This document shows positions 9,283 to 19,470 of a stretch of DNA of 64,000 nt, piece by piece. Position 1 is the first letter of the stretch. Each line of letters starts with the position of its first letter. The notes beneath the pieces are model-generated. The model worked only from the letters and a program-made list of their open reading frames with translations, was not told where the DNA came from and did no database searches. The stretch is from Nitrospirota bacterium (GTDB lineage Bacteria > Nitrospirota > UBA9217): positions 34,688-98,687 of the forward strand of contig CAWBNQ010000001.1 of NCBI GenBank assembly GCA_963790205.1, read 5' to 3'. The translations under genes and the position numbers were made by a program.

Positions 9283-10899
9283 TTATTTCTGGTCTTTCTC
9301 CTCTATGAACCACTCATTCGCATAGGAAAAGAACTTGTAGGGATGAATGGCCACGTGCCGGATCTTCCTGTGGTACGCCGCATAGTTTGTGAGCGTCCAG
9401 AGGAACGTGTAGGGATTTTCGTCGGCGAGGATAGCATGGAGCTTCCGGTTGATGGTCCTGCGCTTCTCATGGTCGAGGGTGAGCTTGCTCTCGTTGATCA
9501 GGCTGTCCACCTCCGGGTTGGAGTAGCCGATGAAGTTGTTCTTCCACGGGCCGATCTCGCCCGAATGGAACAGCGACGAGATGTCGGCGGAGTCGTCGAA
9601 CACCCACGAGGCGAAGACGATGTCGAAATCGTGCTCAAGGAACACATCTTCCTTCCAGGCCTGCCACTCCTCGAACGCCACATTGATGTCTACGCCAATG
9701 TTCTTGAGATAGTTCTTGAACGCGAGCACCACGCGTTTCACGGCCTCGCTTTCTTTCTCAATCGGCACCTTGAGCGTAAGGGAAAGCTTTTTCCCGCCCT
9801 TCTGCATGATGCCATCGGGACCGGGAGTAAATCCCGCATCCCTGAGCAGGGATTTCGCCTTTTCCGGGTCAAAGGGGTAGGGCTGTACATCGAGGTTGTA
9901 GGCCCAGCTACCCGGCGCGAAAGGACCGGAGATGAGGGTGCCCTGCCCGTTAAAGAACGAGTCGAGCATCTCCTGCCGGTTCACAGCGTAGGTGAAGGCC
10001 TTGCGCACGCGGCTGTCCGCGAGGAGCGGATTCCGGCAGTTGTAGCCGAAGAAGGAGTAGGACAAGGCGTTATACGGCTGAAGGATGAAGCGCTTGTCGC
10101 CCTGGATCTCCGGGATGTCGCGCGGGTTCACCAGAACGATCATGTCGATGGCGTTGAACATGAGCGCCTGGGTCATGATGTTCTGATCGGCAAAGGGTTT
10201 GGCAATGAATTTATCGATATGCGGCCTGCCTTTGAAATAGTTGTCGTTCGCCGCAAGAACGATCTCGCGTTCGGCGGTGACGTTCTTGAGCAAGTAGGGG
10301 CCGGTGCCGATGGGGTTCTGCACAAAAGCATCGTCCCGCGTGAGGTAGTTGGGATTGCTCGGGCCGTGCTCCGGGATCACCTTGAAACTGAACTTGGCCA
10401 GCGCGTTCAGGATCGGCCGCTTGAGCGTGAACCTGACCGTATAGTCGTTGAGTTTTTCCACCGTATCGATGAACTCGTAGCGCACCTTGAGCGGCGTGAT
10501 GGTCTTGGGGTGCATCATGATCTTGTAGGTAAAGACCACGTCATCGGCCGTGAAGGGCTTCGGCTCCTCGCCCTCGCGCGGGTGCCAGGTCACGTCCTTC
10601 CGGAGATAGAAAGTATACGTGCGTCCGTCGGGAGAACGCTCCCACCGCTCGGCAAGCTCGGGCACGATCTCCTGCTTCTCATTGATCCCGACCAAGCCGT
10701 TGAACATCAGCTCAGTAAGCCGCAGTGAGATCATCTCATTGCTCGTAATCGGGTCGAGCGTGGCCGGCCGGCCGTATTCGCCGTAGCTCACCGTTCCTCC
10801 GTTCGGCCTGTTCTCTTTTTTTGGCTCCGCCCCGGCGGAGAACGCCATCACGAAGATCACGACGGCAAGCGACATCAGAACCAGTGGTATCCTTTTCAT
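9283..10899 (-). CDS. Peptide ABC transporter substrate-binding protein (SBP family 5, OppA/DppA type)
   Basis: Start moved to internal MKRIPLVLMSLAVV (signal peptide) which has GGAGGA RBS 5 nt upstream; the long ORF (to 10953) lacks an RBS. Confidence 0.8.
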   Translation of the reverse strand: MKRIPLVLMSLAVVIFVMAFSAGAEPKKENRPNGGTVSYGEYGRPATLDPITSNEMISLRLTELMFNGLVGINEKQEIVPELAERWERSPDGRTYTFYLRKDVTWHPREGEEPKPFTADDVVFTYKIMMHPKTITPLKVRYEFIDTVEKLNDYTVRFTLKRPILNALAKFSFKVIPEHGPSNPNYLTRDDAFVQNPIGTGPYLLKNVTAEREIVLAANDNYFKGRPHIDKFIAKPFADQNIMTQALMFNAIDMIVLVNPRDIPEIQGDKRFILQPYNALSYSFFGYNCRNPLLADSRVRKAFTYAVNRQEMLDSFFNGQGTLISGPFAPGSWAYNLDVQPYPFDPEKAKSLLRDAGFTPGPDGIMQKGGKKLSLTLKVPIEKESEAVKRVVLAFKNYLKNIGVDINVAFEEWQAWKEDVFLEHDFDIVFASWVFDDSADISSLFHSGEIGPWKNNFIGYSNPEVDSLINESKLTLDHEKRRTINRKLHAILADENPYTFLWTLTNYAAYHRKIRHVAIHPYKFFSYANEWFIEEKDQK

Positions 10900-10916
10900 A
10901 ATATTCCTCCTCACCA

Positions 10917-10943
10917 AATTTCGGATTTCGGATTTTAAATCCG
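10917..10943. promoter_or_regulatory. Tandem TCGGATTT x2 followed by perfect 7-1-7 palindrome CGGATTT-T-AAATCCG immediately upstream of oppA-like gene
   Basis: Read directly; a related half-site TTTCGGATTT recurs at about 12617-12626 in the next intergenic region. Confidence 0.3.
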
Positions 10944-10964
10944 CCATCCACAATCCTCGTTGGC

Positions 10965-12473
10965 TTAATTGATCTTCACATCGCCGGCGCTTTTGTGCTC
11001 CACGGCGTATACGCCCTGCAGCGCCTCCTGGATCTGGCGCACTTCCGGGAACTGCTTGCTCATCTCGAAATAGATCTCGAGGGCCTCGGAGAACTTCTTC
11101 ATGCGGTAGTATGCCTGGGCCAGGCTCACGAGGGTTACTGGATCGTTGAACTCGATCTTGTTCTTGTTGCCCTTATCGCGGCCGGCCTCCAGGTAGGACG
11201 CCGCCCTTGCATAGTCCTTCTTTGCGAGATAGTATCTGCCGAGGGCGATATTCAGATTGGAGAACCGCTTTCCTTCTCCGGCCTCGACCGACGCCGCGGC
11301 CTTTTGCGCGACGCGGGGGCAGCCGGCCCGCGATCTGGCGCAGGCGAACAGTATCTCCGCGAGCAGGTCGGGGTCTTCGGGCTGCTTTCTCGAAAGCTCG
11401 TCCCAGGTGCCGATGGCGTCGAACTGGCGTCCCCGCTGGTACTGGTTCGCCGCCTGCCACGCCGCGGCCTTGTCCCGGTACTGCTGCGGCATGGCCGGCG
11501 AAGCGATGAACGCGGCGGTGGCCTTCATGGATTGTTCAATGTTGCCCGCCATCGCATAGGCCTCGCCGAGGTAAAAATTCGCCGTGTCCCTCAGCTTCTC
11601 CTCTCCGGCCGCTTTCTCGAGAGCGGCAATGCTTGCCTCCCGATAGAGCGTGGACAGGTTTTCCAGCAGGGAGACATCGTAGAAATTAATGATCTTGGTC
11701 TTTCCCAGGGATTCCTTGTAGGAGAAGGACTTGAGGTCGGCCCTCCGGAGCAGCTCAAGCCCCTTGTCTGCAAGCCCGGCGGCCGCATAGACGGTGATGA
11801 CGTTCTTAAGGAGCCTCATGGAAGGCGCCCCGCCGGATTTCTTGACTTCCGCCAGGCTTTCGTCGGCGAGGAGCACGGGCTTCTTGTCCTTGAGCCCCGC
11901 CTTGACGTATGCAGCGGCAAGCGCGGCCTTGACCTCCGGATCTGCGGTGTCCAGGCCGGACCAGGCCTCATCCTCTTTCTGTTTGTTGTCCTGCAGGGCG
12001 AAACAGAGCCCGATGCCGACCCTGGCAATGTTCTTATACCGGGGCCCCACGCTGTCGTCGCTTGCGAATTTCTCCAGATACGTCAGGGCCGGTCCAGCCT
12101 TTCCCGACTCAAGGAGAACTTCACCCATATAGAGGTCTACAAAGCGGCTCCGGGCCTTACCCTGAGCGGCGGCAAGTTTCTTGAGGTAGTCCAGGTGCAG
12201 AGCGAGCGATTCTTGGTACAGATCCTTGTGAAGCTCGGCATTCTTGAGGTAGAGCATGCCGAGCGTCAGGTGGGCCGCTCCCTGCCTGCCGGGCGCGATT
12301 GACGGCAACTCGGCCCGCAGCGCTGTTGCGGCTTCAGTGTAATGCCGCTTTTCGTAAAGCTTCATCGCCCGCGTCACGGCATCATCCGCGGAATGCGCCT
12401 GCCCTGCGGCAAGGGCACCAAAGAGTATGATAATAATGAAGGAAAAGAACGGCCCGATGCGCTTCATAGACAC
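10965..12473 (-). CDS. Secreted TPR-repeat protein
   Basis: 502 aa; N-terminal signal peptide (FFSFIIIILFGALAAGQAHSA), multiple TPR-like A/Y/L periodicities. Confidence 0.7.
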   Translation of the reverse strand: MSMKRIGPFFSFIIIILFGALAAGQAHSADDAVTRAMKLYEKRHYTEAATALRAELPSIAPGRQGAAHLTLGMLYLKNAELHKDLYQESLALHLDYLKKLAAAQGKARSRFVDLYMGEVLLESGKAGPALTYLEKFASDDSVGPRYKNIARVGIGLCFALQDNKQKEDEAWSGLDTADPEVKAALAAAYVKAGLKDKKPVLLADESLAEVKKSGGAPSMRLLKNVITVYAAAGLADKGLELLRRADLKSFSYKESLGKTKIINFYDVSLLENLSTLYREASIAALEKAAGEEKLRDTANFYLGEAYAMAGNIEQSMKATAAFIASPAMPQQYRDKAAAWQAANQYQRGRQFDAIGTWDELSRKQPEDPDLLAEILFACARSRAGCPRVAQKAAASVEAGEGKRFSNLNIALGRYYLAKKDYARAASYLEAGRDKGNKNKIEFNDPVTLVSLAQAYYRMKKFSEALEIYFEMSKQFPEVRQIQEALQGVYAVEHKSAGDVKIN

Positions 12474-12646
12474 TCCTTCGATAAATAAATTCTAAACACT
12501 ATATCTAAATCCTGAATAAACTCAGCCTTCCCGTATCAAATCAATGTTTACCTCTCCGGTTTGAATTTTGATATTGTTCCGGGCTTCGACGCAAGCTCAA
12601 GTTAAGCGATTTTGAGTTTCGGATTTAGGGTTTTTTCTCTCTTTCC

Positions 12647-13915
12647 TCACTTCTTCAGCCTCATTATATAAATCTGGTCCCACTGATTGACCTGGGCTCG
12701 AAACGCGATGGTCCCCTGCGCCGAGCACGTCACGTCATGGTTCATCTTGGTATCGGTCCTGATGAGCATGCTGGTCTTCCGCGCAATGTCGGCAACGTAG
12801 AGCGGATTGTACTCCTGCCGGTCGTTCTTCACATATACGATCCTCGCGCTGTCCGGCATCCACGCCGGCCCTGTTTCAACATCAGGAATGACGTCCGTTG
12901 CCACCACCTTCGCGGCAAGCCCCTCGCCCTCCATCGGGTCCGAACCGTCAGCCGCGATCACCATGAGAGACCAGGTCTTGGAGTCGCCATCGGCATTGTA
13001 GTTGGAATAAAAGGCGATCTTCCCGCCGTCCGGCGACCAGACCGGCCGCAGATCGTCGTAGGGCCAGGTCGTGAGCGCCTTGAGAGACTCAACGGGACTG
13101 GCAACATCGGTAATGAGGACGATGTGATGGTTCTCGTTGCTCCCGTGCATCATCACGATCTTTTTACCGTCCGGCGACCAGCGGGGATACAGGTATGCCT
13201 TGCCTCCCCGCGTCAGCCGCGTGAGCCCCTTCGTCGGCAGGTCCAGCAGATAGATATCGCCGTTGCCGGTGCGGCCCGACACAAAGACGATGGCATCCGA
13301 GACCGGCGACCAGTGGGCCTGCCCGTCCTTTTCCTTGTGGTCCGTGAGCCTCACGGTTTTTTTTTCGCCAAGCTCCTGAAGGTACAGGTCGTAGTTGCCC
13401 TCCCCGCCGTTGCTCATGAACACAAAGCGGTCCTCGCCGGGCGACCAGGTAATGCCGGCATTATAGCTCGTTTCTTCATACACTCCTGGAAAGAAGAACT
13501 TCGTGTCGCCGCCGTCCGACAGCTGAAAATACACCGTCTGCACCTCGGTCCCGTCGGGGAGGGTGATACGGATCTCCTTTTTGTCGCCCATGCTCCGCTC
13601 GAAGGCGATGAGCGAACCCTGAGAAGACCATTGCGGATTGGAGTCGTTTCTGCCCGGCTCGATCTTCGTCAGCGGCCGTATAAAAAGCGGCTCGATCTCC
13701 TCCGGCATTTTCTCCGTGCCGGTAGCTCCTGAAGACACCTCGGGAACCGGCATGCCGGCCCCGGGGTCCCTCCCGTCCGTTTTCTTCTCCGCTTGAGGGC
13801 CGTCACTCAAGGTATCCGTAGCAGCGAACAGAACGTCTGCTGCCATGCTCACGCTCGCAAGAGAGAACGCGGCAATCACGGCGTATCCCGCCACCCAACT
13901 CCTCCGAATTTTCAA
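12647..13915 (-). CDS. TolB-like periplasmic beta-propeller protein (PD40/WD40-like repeats)
   Basis: 422 aa; signal peptide; six repeats of the W-S-P-D/S-G ... I-a-F motif characteristic of TolB C-terminal propeller. Confidence 0.75.
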   Translation of the reverse strand: MKIRRSWVAGYAVIAAFSLASVSMAADVLFAATDTLSDGPQAEKKTDGRDPGAGMPVPEVSSGATGTEKMPEEIEPLFIRPLTKIEPGRNDSNPQWSSQGSLIAFERSMGDKKEIRITLPDGTEVQTVYFQLSDGGDTKFFFPGVYEETSYNAGITWSPGEDRFVFMSNGGEGNYDLYLQELGEKKTVRLTDHKEKDGQAHWSPVSDAIVFVSGRTGNGDIYLLDLPTKGLTRLTRGGKAYLYPRWSPDGKKIVMMHGSNENHHIVLITDVASPVESLKALTTWPYDDLRPVWSPDGGKIAFYSNYNADGDSKTWSLMVIAADGSDPMEGEGLAAKVVATDVIPDVETGPAWMPDSARIVYVKNDRQEYNPLYVADIARKTSMLIRTDTKMNHDVTCSAQGTIAFRAQVNQWDQIYIMRLKK

Positions 13916-13939
13916 ACAGGAATTCTCCTTACGGTATCA

Positions 13940-16509
13940 TCAGAGGTTTTTGATCTGGTCCCAGTACTTCTGCGCCGTCTCGCGCGCCTGCTCGTAGGTG
14001 CTGTTTCCCTCAAGGTTCTTCGGGAAGAAGTCGAAGTAATCTCTCCATGCAAGATTCGCGTTGTTCAGGATCGCGGGTTTTCTGGTGATGAGGTAGAGCT
14101 TGTGGTACGACAGCGCCAGGTAGTAGTAGGTGTCATGGACCGCCTCGTCGTACCGCACGTCGGGGAAGAACCGCGTGTTCTGTTTTGCGTTCTTGCAGAT
14201 TCTGGATCGCCTTGGCAAAGTCCTGCGCCGCGGCATCTCTTGTCCTTCTGCACGAGAGTGTTCCCCTTCTCATAGTAGGCGTGCCCCAGGTTCGTATAGG
14301 CCACGGCATACTGCTTGTACAGGAGCTGCTGGTTCTCGGGCAGCGTAAGCACATTCTCGAACTCGCGGATCGCGCCGTCGTAGTCGTTCTTTTCGTCGAG
14401 ATATATCTGGGCGAGCCGGGTGTGCGCCTCGGAATAGTCGGGGTGCCCCTTTTCCGTGCTCTTGTACGCCAGGATCGCGCCGTCCACGTCGCCTGACTGC
14501 TCCGCCCGTTCGCCGATCTTGAGGTAGTCCTTATGAAGAATGATCTTCCGGTCGCCGGTGCGGTCTTCGACCTTTTGGGCGAACTCTACGACCTCTTCGA
14601 AATCGCGGTAATCTCCGCCCACCGTGACTTTCACCGTGTGGAACCCGAGGTTCACGAGCTTGCCGTCCCGTATCGGCGTCTTCCCGATCTTATCACCGTC
14701 AACATATACGTCCGCCCCCGAGGGCTCGGACTCGATTTTGAACACGGAGTTGTTCACCTGCATGACGAACGCTCTGGTGTCCTTGTTCTTCTCGATCTTT
14801 ACCTTGTCGCTCACCTGCTGGTAGCCGTGCCGGTAGAGCACGATGTCGTACTTCTTGCCAAGGCGGACCGGGATATCGGCCTTGCCGTCCGCGCCCGTGG
14901 AGCCGACCCACTCCTCATTGAGGTAGACGTTCACCCCGCCCAGCGGCGAGACGTCCGGGGGAATGCCGCCCTTGGCCAGGATAGTGAAGTAATTTTTCGC
15001 CTCTTCCTCATCGCGATAGATGCGCCTGACCACCCGGTCGCCGACGTTGATCTTCTCGCCTTTCTTCAGGTCCTCGACCTCGGTCCATGAGCCGGTGTCC
15101 TCGGCCTTCTTCACCTTGAGCCTTCCTATATCGCGGTAGCTCGACACCTTGCCGCTCTCGTCGAGGCGCGTCGCCATAAGGGCGAATTCCATGCCCCTGC
15201 TGATCTTGTAATCGGGTCTGCCGAGGTTGATGCGGTAGCGATCTTCTTCTTTGGAGACCACCGTGCCTTCGAAAGGAAACCGCTCCATGATGTTCGCGGC
15301 GATCTCCCGTGCGGCGCCGTTGACGTCCCCGGCGCTCCTCGCCCTGTTCAGCTGGCTTAGGATCAACTTGCCGCCCGAGGTGTAGAACTTGGTTTCGATA
15401 AGGAAACCTTTCTCGTCCTTGGCCACACTGCCGAGAACGATCATGTCCGCGGTCCGGCGAAGCGGCGTCTCCCGCCAGCCCTTGGCCGTGATCTTTTCGA
15501 TACTGAGCCGCGCGCGTTTGACCTCGGCCTGGAGCGTTTTGGTCGGCACTTCCCGGAAGCACTTGTTTTTGAACATCTGGCCAGCCACCGCCTGTTCGGT
15601 CTGGGCGAGAACCTCCTTAAGGTCCACGTTCGGGGTGTTGCCCACGAAACGGTAGATGCCGACCCGGATCGGTTTTGGGCTGACGGGATAGAAATACCGC
15701 TGGATATTCATCTCGCCCTCGAGGGTGACCGAGGCCTGCCATGAGGCGGGAAGGTAGCCGGGGACGCTGAGTGCAACCTGCGCCTTCTTGCCGGGCTCGC
15801 CGTCGTAATTATACGTCATGATGCCCTTGGCGTCGGTCTTGCCGATCTGCTTTTTGCCGAGGGTCACAACCACGCCCGGGATCCCGCTTGCCTGGCCGTA
15901 CTCTTCGGCAAGGGCCGTAACGGTTAGCAGCACCCGCTTCGAGAGCGCTGCCTCGATCCGCTGGCCGGGCTCCACCGCGCCGGTCTTGCGCCAGACGCCG
16001 TAGCCGGACTTGGTCACCGCGAGGTCCACGCCGCCCTTGGGCAGCTCTGTGTACTCGTAAACGAACTCGCCCTTTGCGTCCGTCTTTCCCACGTCTTTTC
16101 CCGCGGCCTTAACCACGGCATCCGGTACGGGAGCACCTTTCTCGGCAGCGGCGATCGTCACGAACCGCGAGGCGGCCAACTCGGCGTCAAAGGGATACGT
16201 GTCCATGGCCCCGGCCTTGGGCAGCTTCATCAGAAAAGTGCCCTTCCAGGGCTTGATCCGGTATCCCGGCATGTCCTTGGCAACGAGCACCTCGACCTCG
16301 GCGCCGGGCTTCTTTCTGATGATCTTTGAAAAGTCTCCGCTCGCGTCAGTAAGCCCCTGCTCCTCGCCGTCCACGACGACCTTGGCCTGGGCCGCGGGCT
16401 GGCCATCCATGCGGGCCTTCACCTTGATCTCGAGTTTTTCGCCCGCACAGGCAAAGAGAAGGAACGACGCCGACAGAACAAGAATTGACCGTATCGCATG
16501 TTTAACCAT
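13940..16509 (-). pseudogene. Large lipoprotein: CarbopepD_reg-like/Big-like repeats + PEGA domain + C-terminal TPR region, interrupted by two closely spaced frameshifts near the 3' end
   Basis: 814-aa ORF has lipobox-like LLFACAG N-terminus; last about 57 aa of that frame are low-complexity junk while the two other minus frames continue a plausible TPR sequence (DAAAQDFAKAIQNLQERKTEH then TRFFPDVRYDEAVHDTYYYLALSYHKL...); PEGA-like segment SEPSGADVYVDGDKIGKTP. Confidence 0.6.
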
Positions 16510-16638
16510 AGAATGCCTCCTGAGAGAACTACTTAAATTGGAACGTGCAAATAGTAAATTTAAAATTGTCGCCTCGCCGTTTCATTCCCCCATTCAATAC
16601 TGCACCGCACGCGGCCCATGCCGTTGGGGAGCTGTAGG

Positions 16639-17088
16639 TTACATCTCCGGCGGCTGAATATTGACCTCGCCGGGATTTACGATCTTGTCTTCATCGGACG
16701 TCGACCCCTCGATGCTCTTGCGCTTGCCCTCGGCGATCTTCTTGAGCTTGAAATTCACCTTCTTGCTGCCGAACTTCGTTATCTCCACGGTCTGCGTATC
16801 GGTCATGTAGCCGATCCTGCTCGCTTCCACTTTGTACGTGCCGGGAATGATGTAGTCCTTCACGGACTCGAACTTCCCTTCAGCATTTACCGTCACTGCC
16901 TGGGACGCCTTTTCAAGGGTCGTTGTGATGTTGATCATGTTCACCACCGTGCCCTGCGGGCTTTCCTTGGCAGGCGGAATAGGCTGCAGGTTGGCGTCTA
17001 CGAGTTGGACCGTCCCGTAGATCGACGGCGAACAGGCCCCCAGCGCAAGCGCCAGAACAACGAACAAAAGATTCTTTGCACGATTCAT
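16639..17088 (-). CDS. Small lipoprotein with carboxypeptidase-regulatory-like (CarbopepD_reg) domain
   Basis: 149 aa; lipobox LALGAC; G-T-V...G-x-Y-x-V beta-sandwich pattern. Confidence 0.6.
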   Translation of the reverse strand: MNRAKNLLFVVLALALGACSPSIYGTVQLVDANLQPIPPAKESPQGTVVNMINITTTLEKASQAVTVNAEGKFESVKDYIIPGTYKVEASRIGYMTDTQTVEITKFGSKKVNFKLKKIAEGKRKSIEGSTSDEDKIVNPGEVNIQPPEM

Positions 17089-17147
17089 ATCCTAATCCTC
17101 CTGAGCCTTGAATTGGGTTTCCCCGCTGCGTGATGAGCACCGATGCA

Positions 17148-17194
17148 CAAAAAAAGCCGCCAAAGAGAAAAGATTCATCCGTTCTTTGGCGGCT
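17148..17194 (-). terminator. Rho-independent terminator (11-bp GC-rich stem, 16-nt loop, U7 tract on minus strand)
   Basis: AGCCGCCAAAGA ... TCTTTGGCGGCT hairpin; plus-strand A8 immediately 5' = U-tract for minus-strand transcript. Confidence 0.55.
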
Positions 17195-17375
17195 CGACTA
17201 GCGTATAAAGCAGGCGATACCCTCTTTCTGAAAAAATCCACCGGGAAATTAAAGAAGGATATGCGGTACTGTTTTATGTAGCTTCGTGGCTCTGCGCCCC
17301 GCGGTTTCCCGCAGTTTGCTCTGAGCAAAGGCACTATTCAGCTATGTGCTTATATGCTGCAATTAAGTCGTAAGT
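17148..17375 (-). ncRNA. Candidate small non-coding RNA (about 225 nt) delimited by a sigma70-like promoter and an intrinsic terminator; identity unknown (6S-like size)
   Basis: No conserved-looking ORF; promoter TTGACA-N18-TACAGT on minus strand at 17382-17411 and terminator at 17148-17194; only ORF overlapping (17092..17334) runs through the terminator and has junk composition. Confidence 0.3.
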
Positions 17376-17381
17376 AGGATA

Positions 17382-17411
17382 AACTGTACCATTTCATCGG
17401 CTCATTGTCAA
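17382..17411 (-). promoter_or_regulatory. Sigma70-type promoter (TTGACA -35, 18-nt spacer, TACAGT -10) driving the candidate sRNA
   Basis: Hexamers read directly on minus strand. Confidence 0.35.
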
Positions 17412-17604
17412 GGGCGACCATGATGCGGGCCAGGGCTTCGATTTTCCAGAACTTTTTTTGCGTCTTGGCCGTTGGGACGATGTGGTCTGCCAGGATTATA
17501 CCGTTTCCCGTCATCAACGGTCTTAAAAAACATTTGCCATCCCCCTTCCCATGCGTTAATATACTCTGTTTTCCGATAACCATCATGAACAAGAGGAACA
17601 ACGA

Positions 17605-19470
17605 ATGCTCCAGGTCACGAACATAGAAAAATCCTACGGCAAACAGGTGCTGTTCGACGGCGTCGGCTTTACCGTAAACCCGCGCGAGCGCGTGGGCCTT
17701 GTCGGCCGGAACGGCCACGGCAAATCCACGCTCTTCCGCATGATCCTGGGCGAAGAGCACCAGGACTCGGGCACGATCACCGTGCCGTCGGGCTACACCA
17801 TCGGGCATTTGTCCCAGCACATCCACTTCACGGAGGATACGGTGCTTAAGGAGGCCTGCCTGGCCCTCCCGGTGAACGAAGACCACATCGATGAGTCGTA
17901 CAAGGCCGAAGCCATCCTCCACGGCCTCGGTTTCACGAACGATGACTTCGACCGTCCGCCCTCGTCGCTGTCCGGGGGGTACCAGGTGCGCTTGAACCTC
18001 GCCAAGGTCCTCGTGTCCGAACCGAACCTCCTGCTGTTGGACGAGCCCACGAACTACCTGGACATCATTTCGGTCCGCTGGCTCACGCAGTTCCTCAGGG
18101 CCTGGAGGAACGAGATGATCATCATCACCCACGACCGCGAGTTCATGGACAGCGTCACGACCCATACCATGATCATCCACCGCTGCAAGATGCGAAAGGT
18201 CGCGGGCGGCACGCAGAAGCTCTACGACCAGATCCTGATGGAAGAGGAGATCTACGAAAAGACACGCCAGAACGACGAAAAGAAACGGAAAGAAGTGGAG
18301 CAGTTCATCAACCGCTTCCGCGCCCAGGCCACCAAGGCCAGCGCGGTCCAGTCGCGCGTCAAGGCGCTTGCCCGGCACGAGAAGCTCGACAAGCTCGAAG
18401 AGATCAGGACCCTGGACTTCAAGTTCAGGTCCGCGCCGTTCGAGGCCAAGTGGCTCATGACCGTGGAAGACCTGTCCTTTGGATTCTCCGGGGACAGCCC
18501 GAAGCTGATCGACGGGCTCTCCTTTGGCGTGGGCAAGAAAGACCGCATCGCCGTCATCGGAAAGAACGGGAAAGGCAAGACCACGCTCCTGAACCTGCTG
18601 GCCGGGGAGATGTCCCCCACGAGCGGCGACGTCAAGCTCCACCCGAACACAAAGATCGCCTACTTCGGCCAGACCAATATCAACCGTTTGCGACCTGAGA
18701 AGACCGCGCTCCAGGAGGTCATGGACGCGCACCCGGACTACGCCCAGGGCGAGTCCCGCGCCATCTGCGGGCTTATGATGTTCGAAGGCGATAATGCGCT
18801 CAAGAAGGTGAGCGTGCTCTCGGGAGGAGAGAGAAGCCGTGTGCTTCTGGGCAAGCTCCTGGTCTCGCCGGCCAACCTCCTCATGCTCGACGAGCCCACG
18901 AACCACCTGGACATGGAATCCATCGACTCGCTCATCGAAGCCATTGAAGTATTCGACGGCGCTGTCATCATCGTTACCCACAGCGAGTTGATCCTCGAAG
19001 CGCTGGCGACAAAATTGATCGTCTACGATAATGATACGGTGTCGGTCTTTGAAGGGACCTACCTTGACTTCCTCGAACGTATCGGCTGGAGCGACGAGGG
19101 GGGCGTGCGCGTAAAAAAGGGGAAGAAACAGGACGCTGACAAGAACGGGACCAGAAAAGACTCCAAAAAAATGCGCACCGGCATTGTCGCCGATAAGTCA
19201 AAAGCCCTCGGCGCGCTCAAGAAAAAGATCGCCGCACTCGAGGAAGAGATCACGAAGCTCGAGTTCGATGTGGAGCAGGACACGCAGAGGCTTCTGGAAG
19301 TATCGATCAAGGGCGAGGCCCTGGCCATCAAGCGCCTGTCGCAGGCCATGCGCGATAACAAGGCGAGGATCGAAAAGCTCTTTAATGAACTCGAGGCCGT
19401 GACGAACGAACACGATGCAAAAGCGCAGGAATTCGACCGGCAGTTGGGCGAACCGGCGGAGATTTCATAA
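17605..19470 (+). CDS. ABC-F family ATPase (two ABC domains + C-terminal coiled-coil extension; Uup/YheS-like)
   Basis: 621 aa; two Walker A (GRNGHGKST, GKNGKGKTT), two signature motifs (LSGGYQ, LSGGERSR); Lys/Glu-rich coiled-coil tail. Confidence 0.85.
   Translation: MLQVTNIEKSYGKQVLFDGVGFTVNPRERVGLVGRNGHGKSTLFRMILGEEHQDSGTITVPSGYTIGHLSQHIHFTEDTVLKEACLALPVNEDHIDESYKAEAILHGLGFTNDDFDRPPSSLSGGYQVRLNLAKVLVSEPNLLLLDEPTNYLDIISVRWLTQFLRAWRNEMIIITHDREFMDSVTTHTMIIHRCKMRKVAGGTQKLYDQILMEEEIYEKTRQNDEKKRKEVEQFINRFRAQATKASAVQSRVKALARHEKLDKLEEIRTLDFKFRSAPFEAKWLMTVEDLSFGFSGDSPKLIDGLSFGVGKKDRIAVIGKNGKGKTTLLNLLAGEMSPTSGDVKLHPNTKIAYFGQTNINRLRPEKTALQEVMDAHPDYAQGESRAICGLMMFEGDNALKKVSVLSGGERSRVLLGKLLVSPANLLMLDEPTNHLDMESIDSLIEAIEVFDGAVIIVTHSELILEALATKLIVYDNDTVSVFEGTYLDFLERIGWSDEGGVRVKKGKKQDADKNGTRKDSKKMRTGIVADKSKALGALKKKIAALEEEITKLEFDVEQDTQRLLEVSIKGEALAIKRLSQAMRDNKARIEKLFNELEAVTNEHDAKAQEFDRQLGEPAEIS

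Noticed and set aside
9247-10728. 493-aa plus-strand ORF antisense to oppA-like gene; similarly 28178..29644 (antisense ettA), 39037..40890, 10995..12302, 47094..48314, 58216..59838, 60947..61990
   Set aside because: All overlap confidently identified genes on the other strand and show no domain motifs
17092-17334. 80-aa ORF in the lipoprotein/ABC-F intergenic region
   Set aside because: Runs straight through a strong intrinsic terminator hairpin; junk-like composition; region better explained as an sRNA unit
17350-18981. 543-aa minus-strand ORF antisense to the ABC-F gene
   Set aside because: High-GC antisense artefact: Arg/Gly/Val/Asp-rich, no motifs, fully overlaps a strongly supported ABC-F CDS
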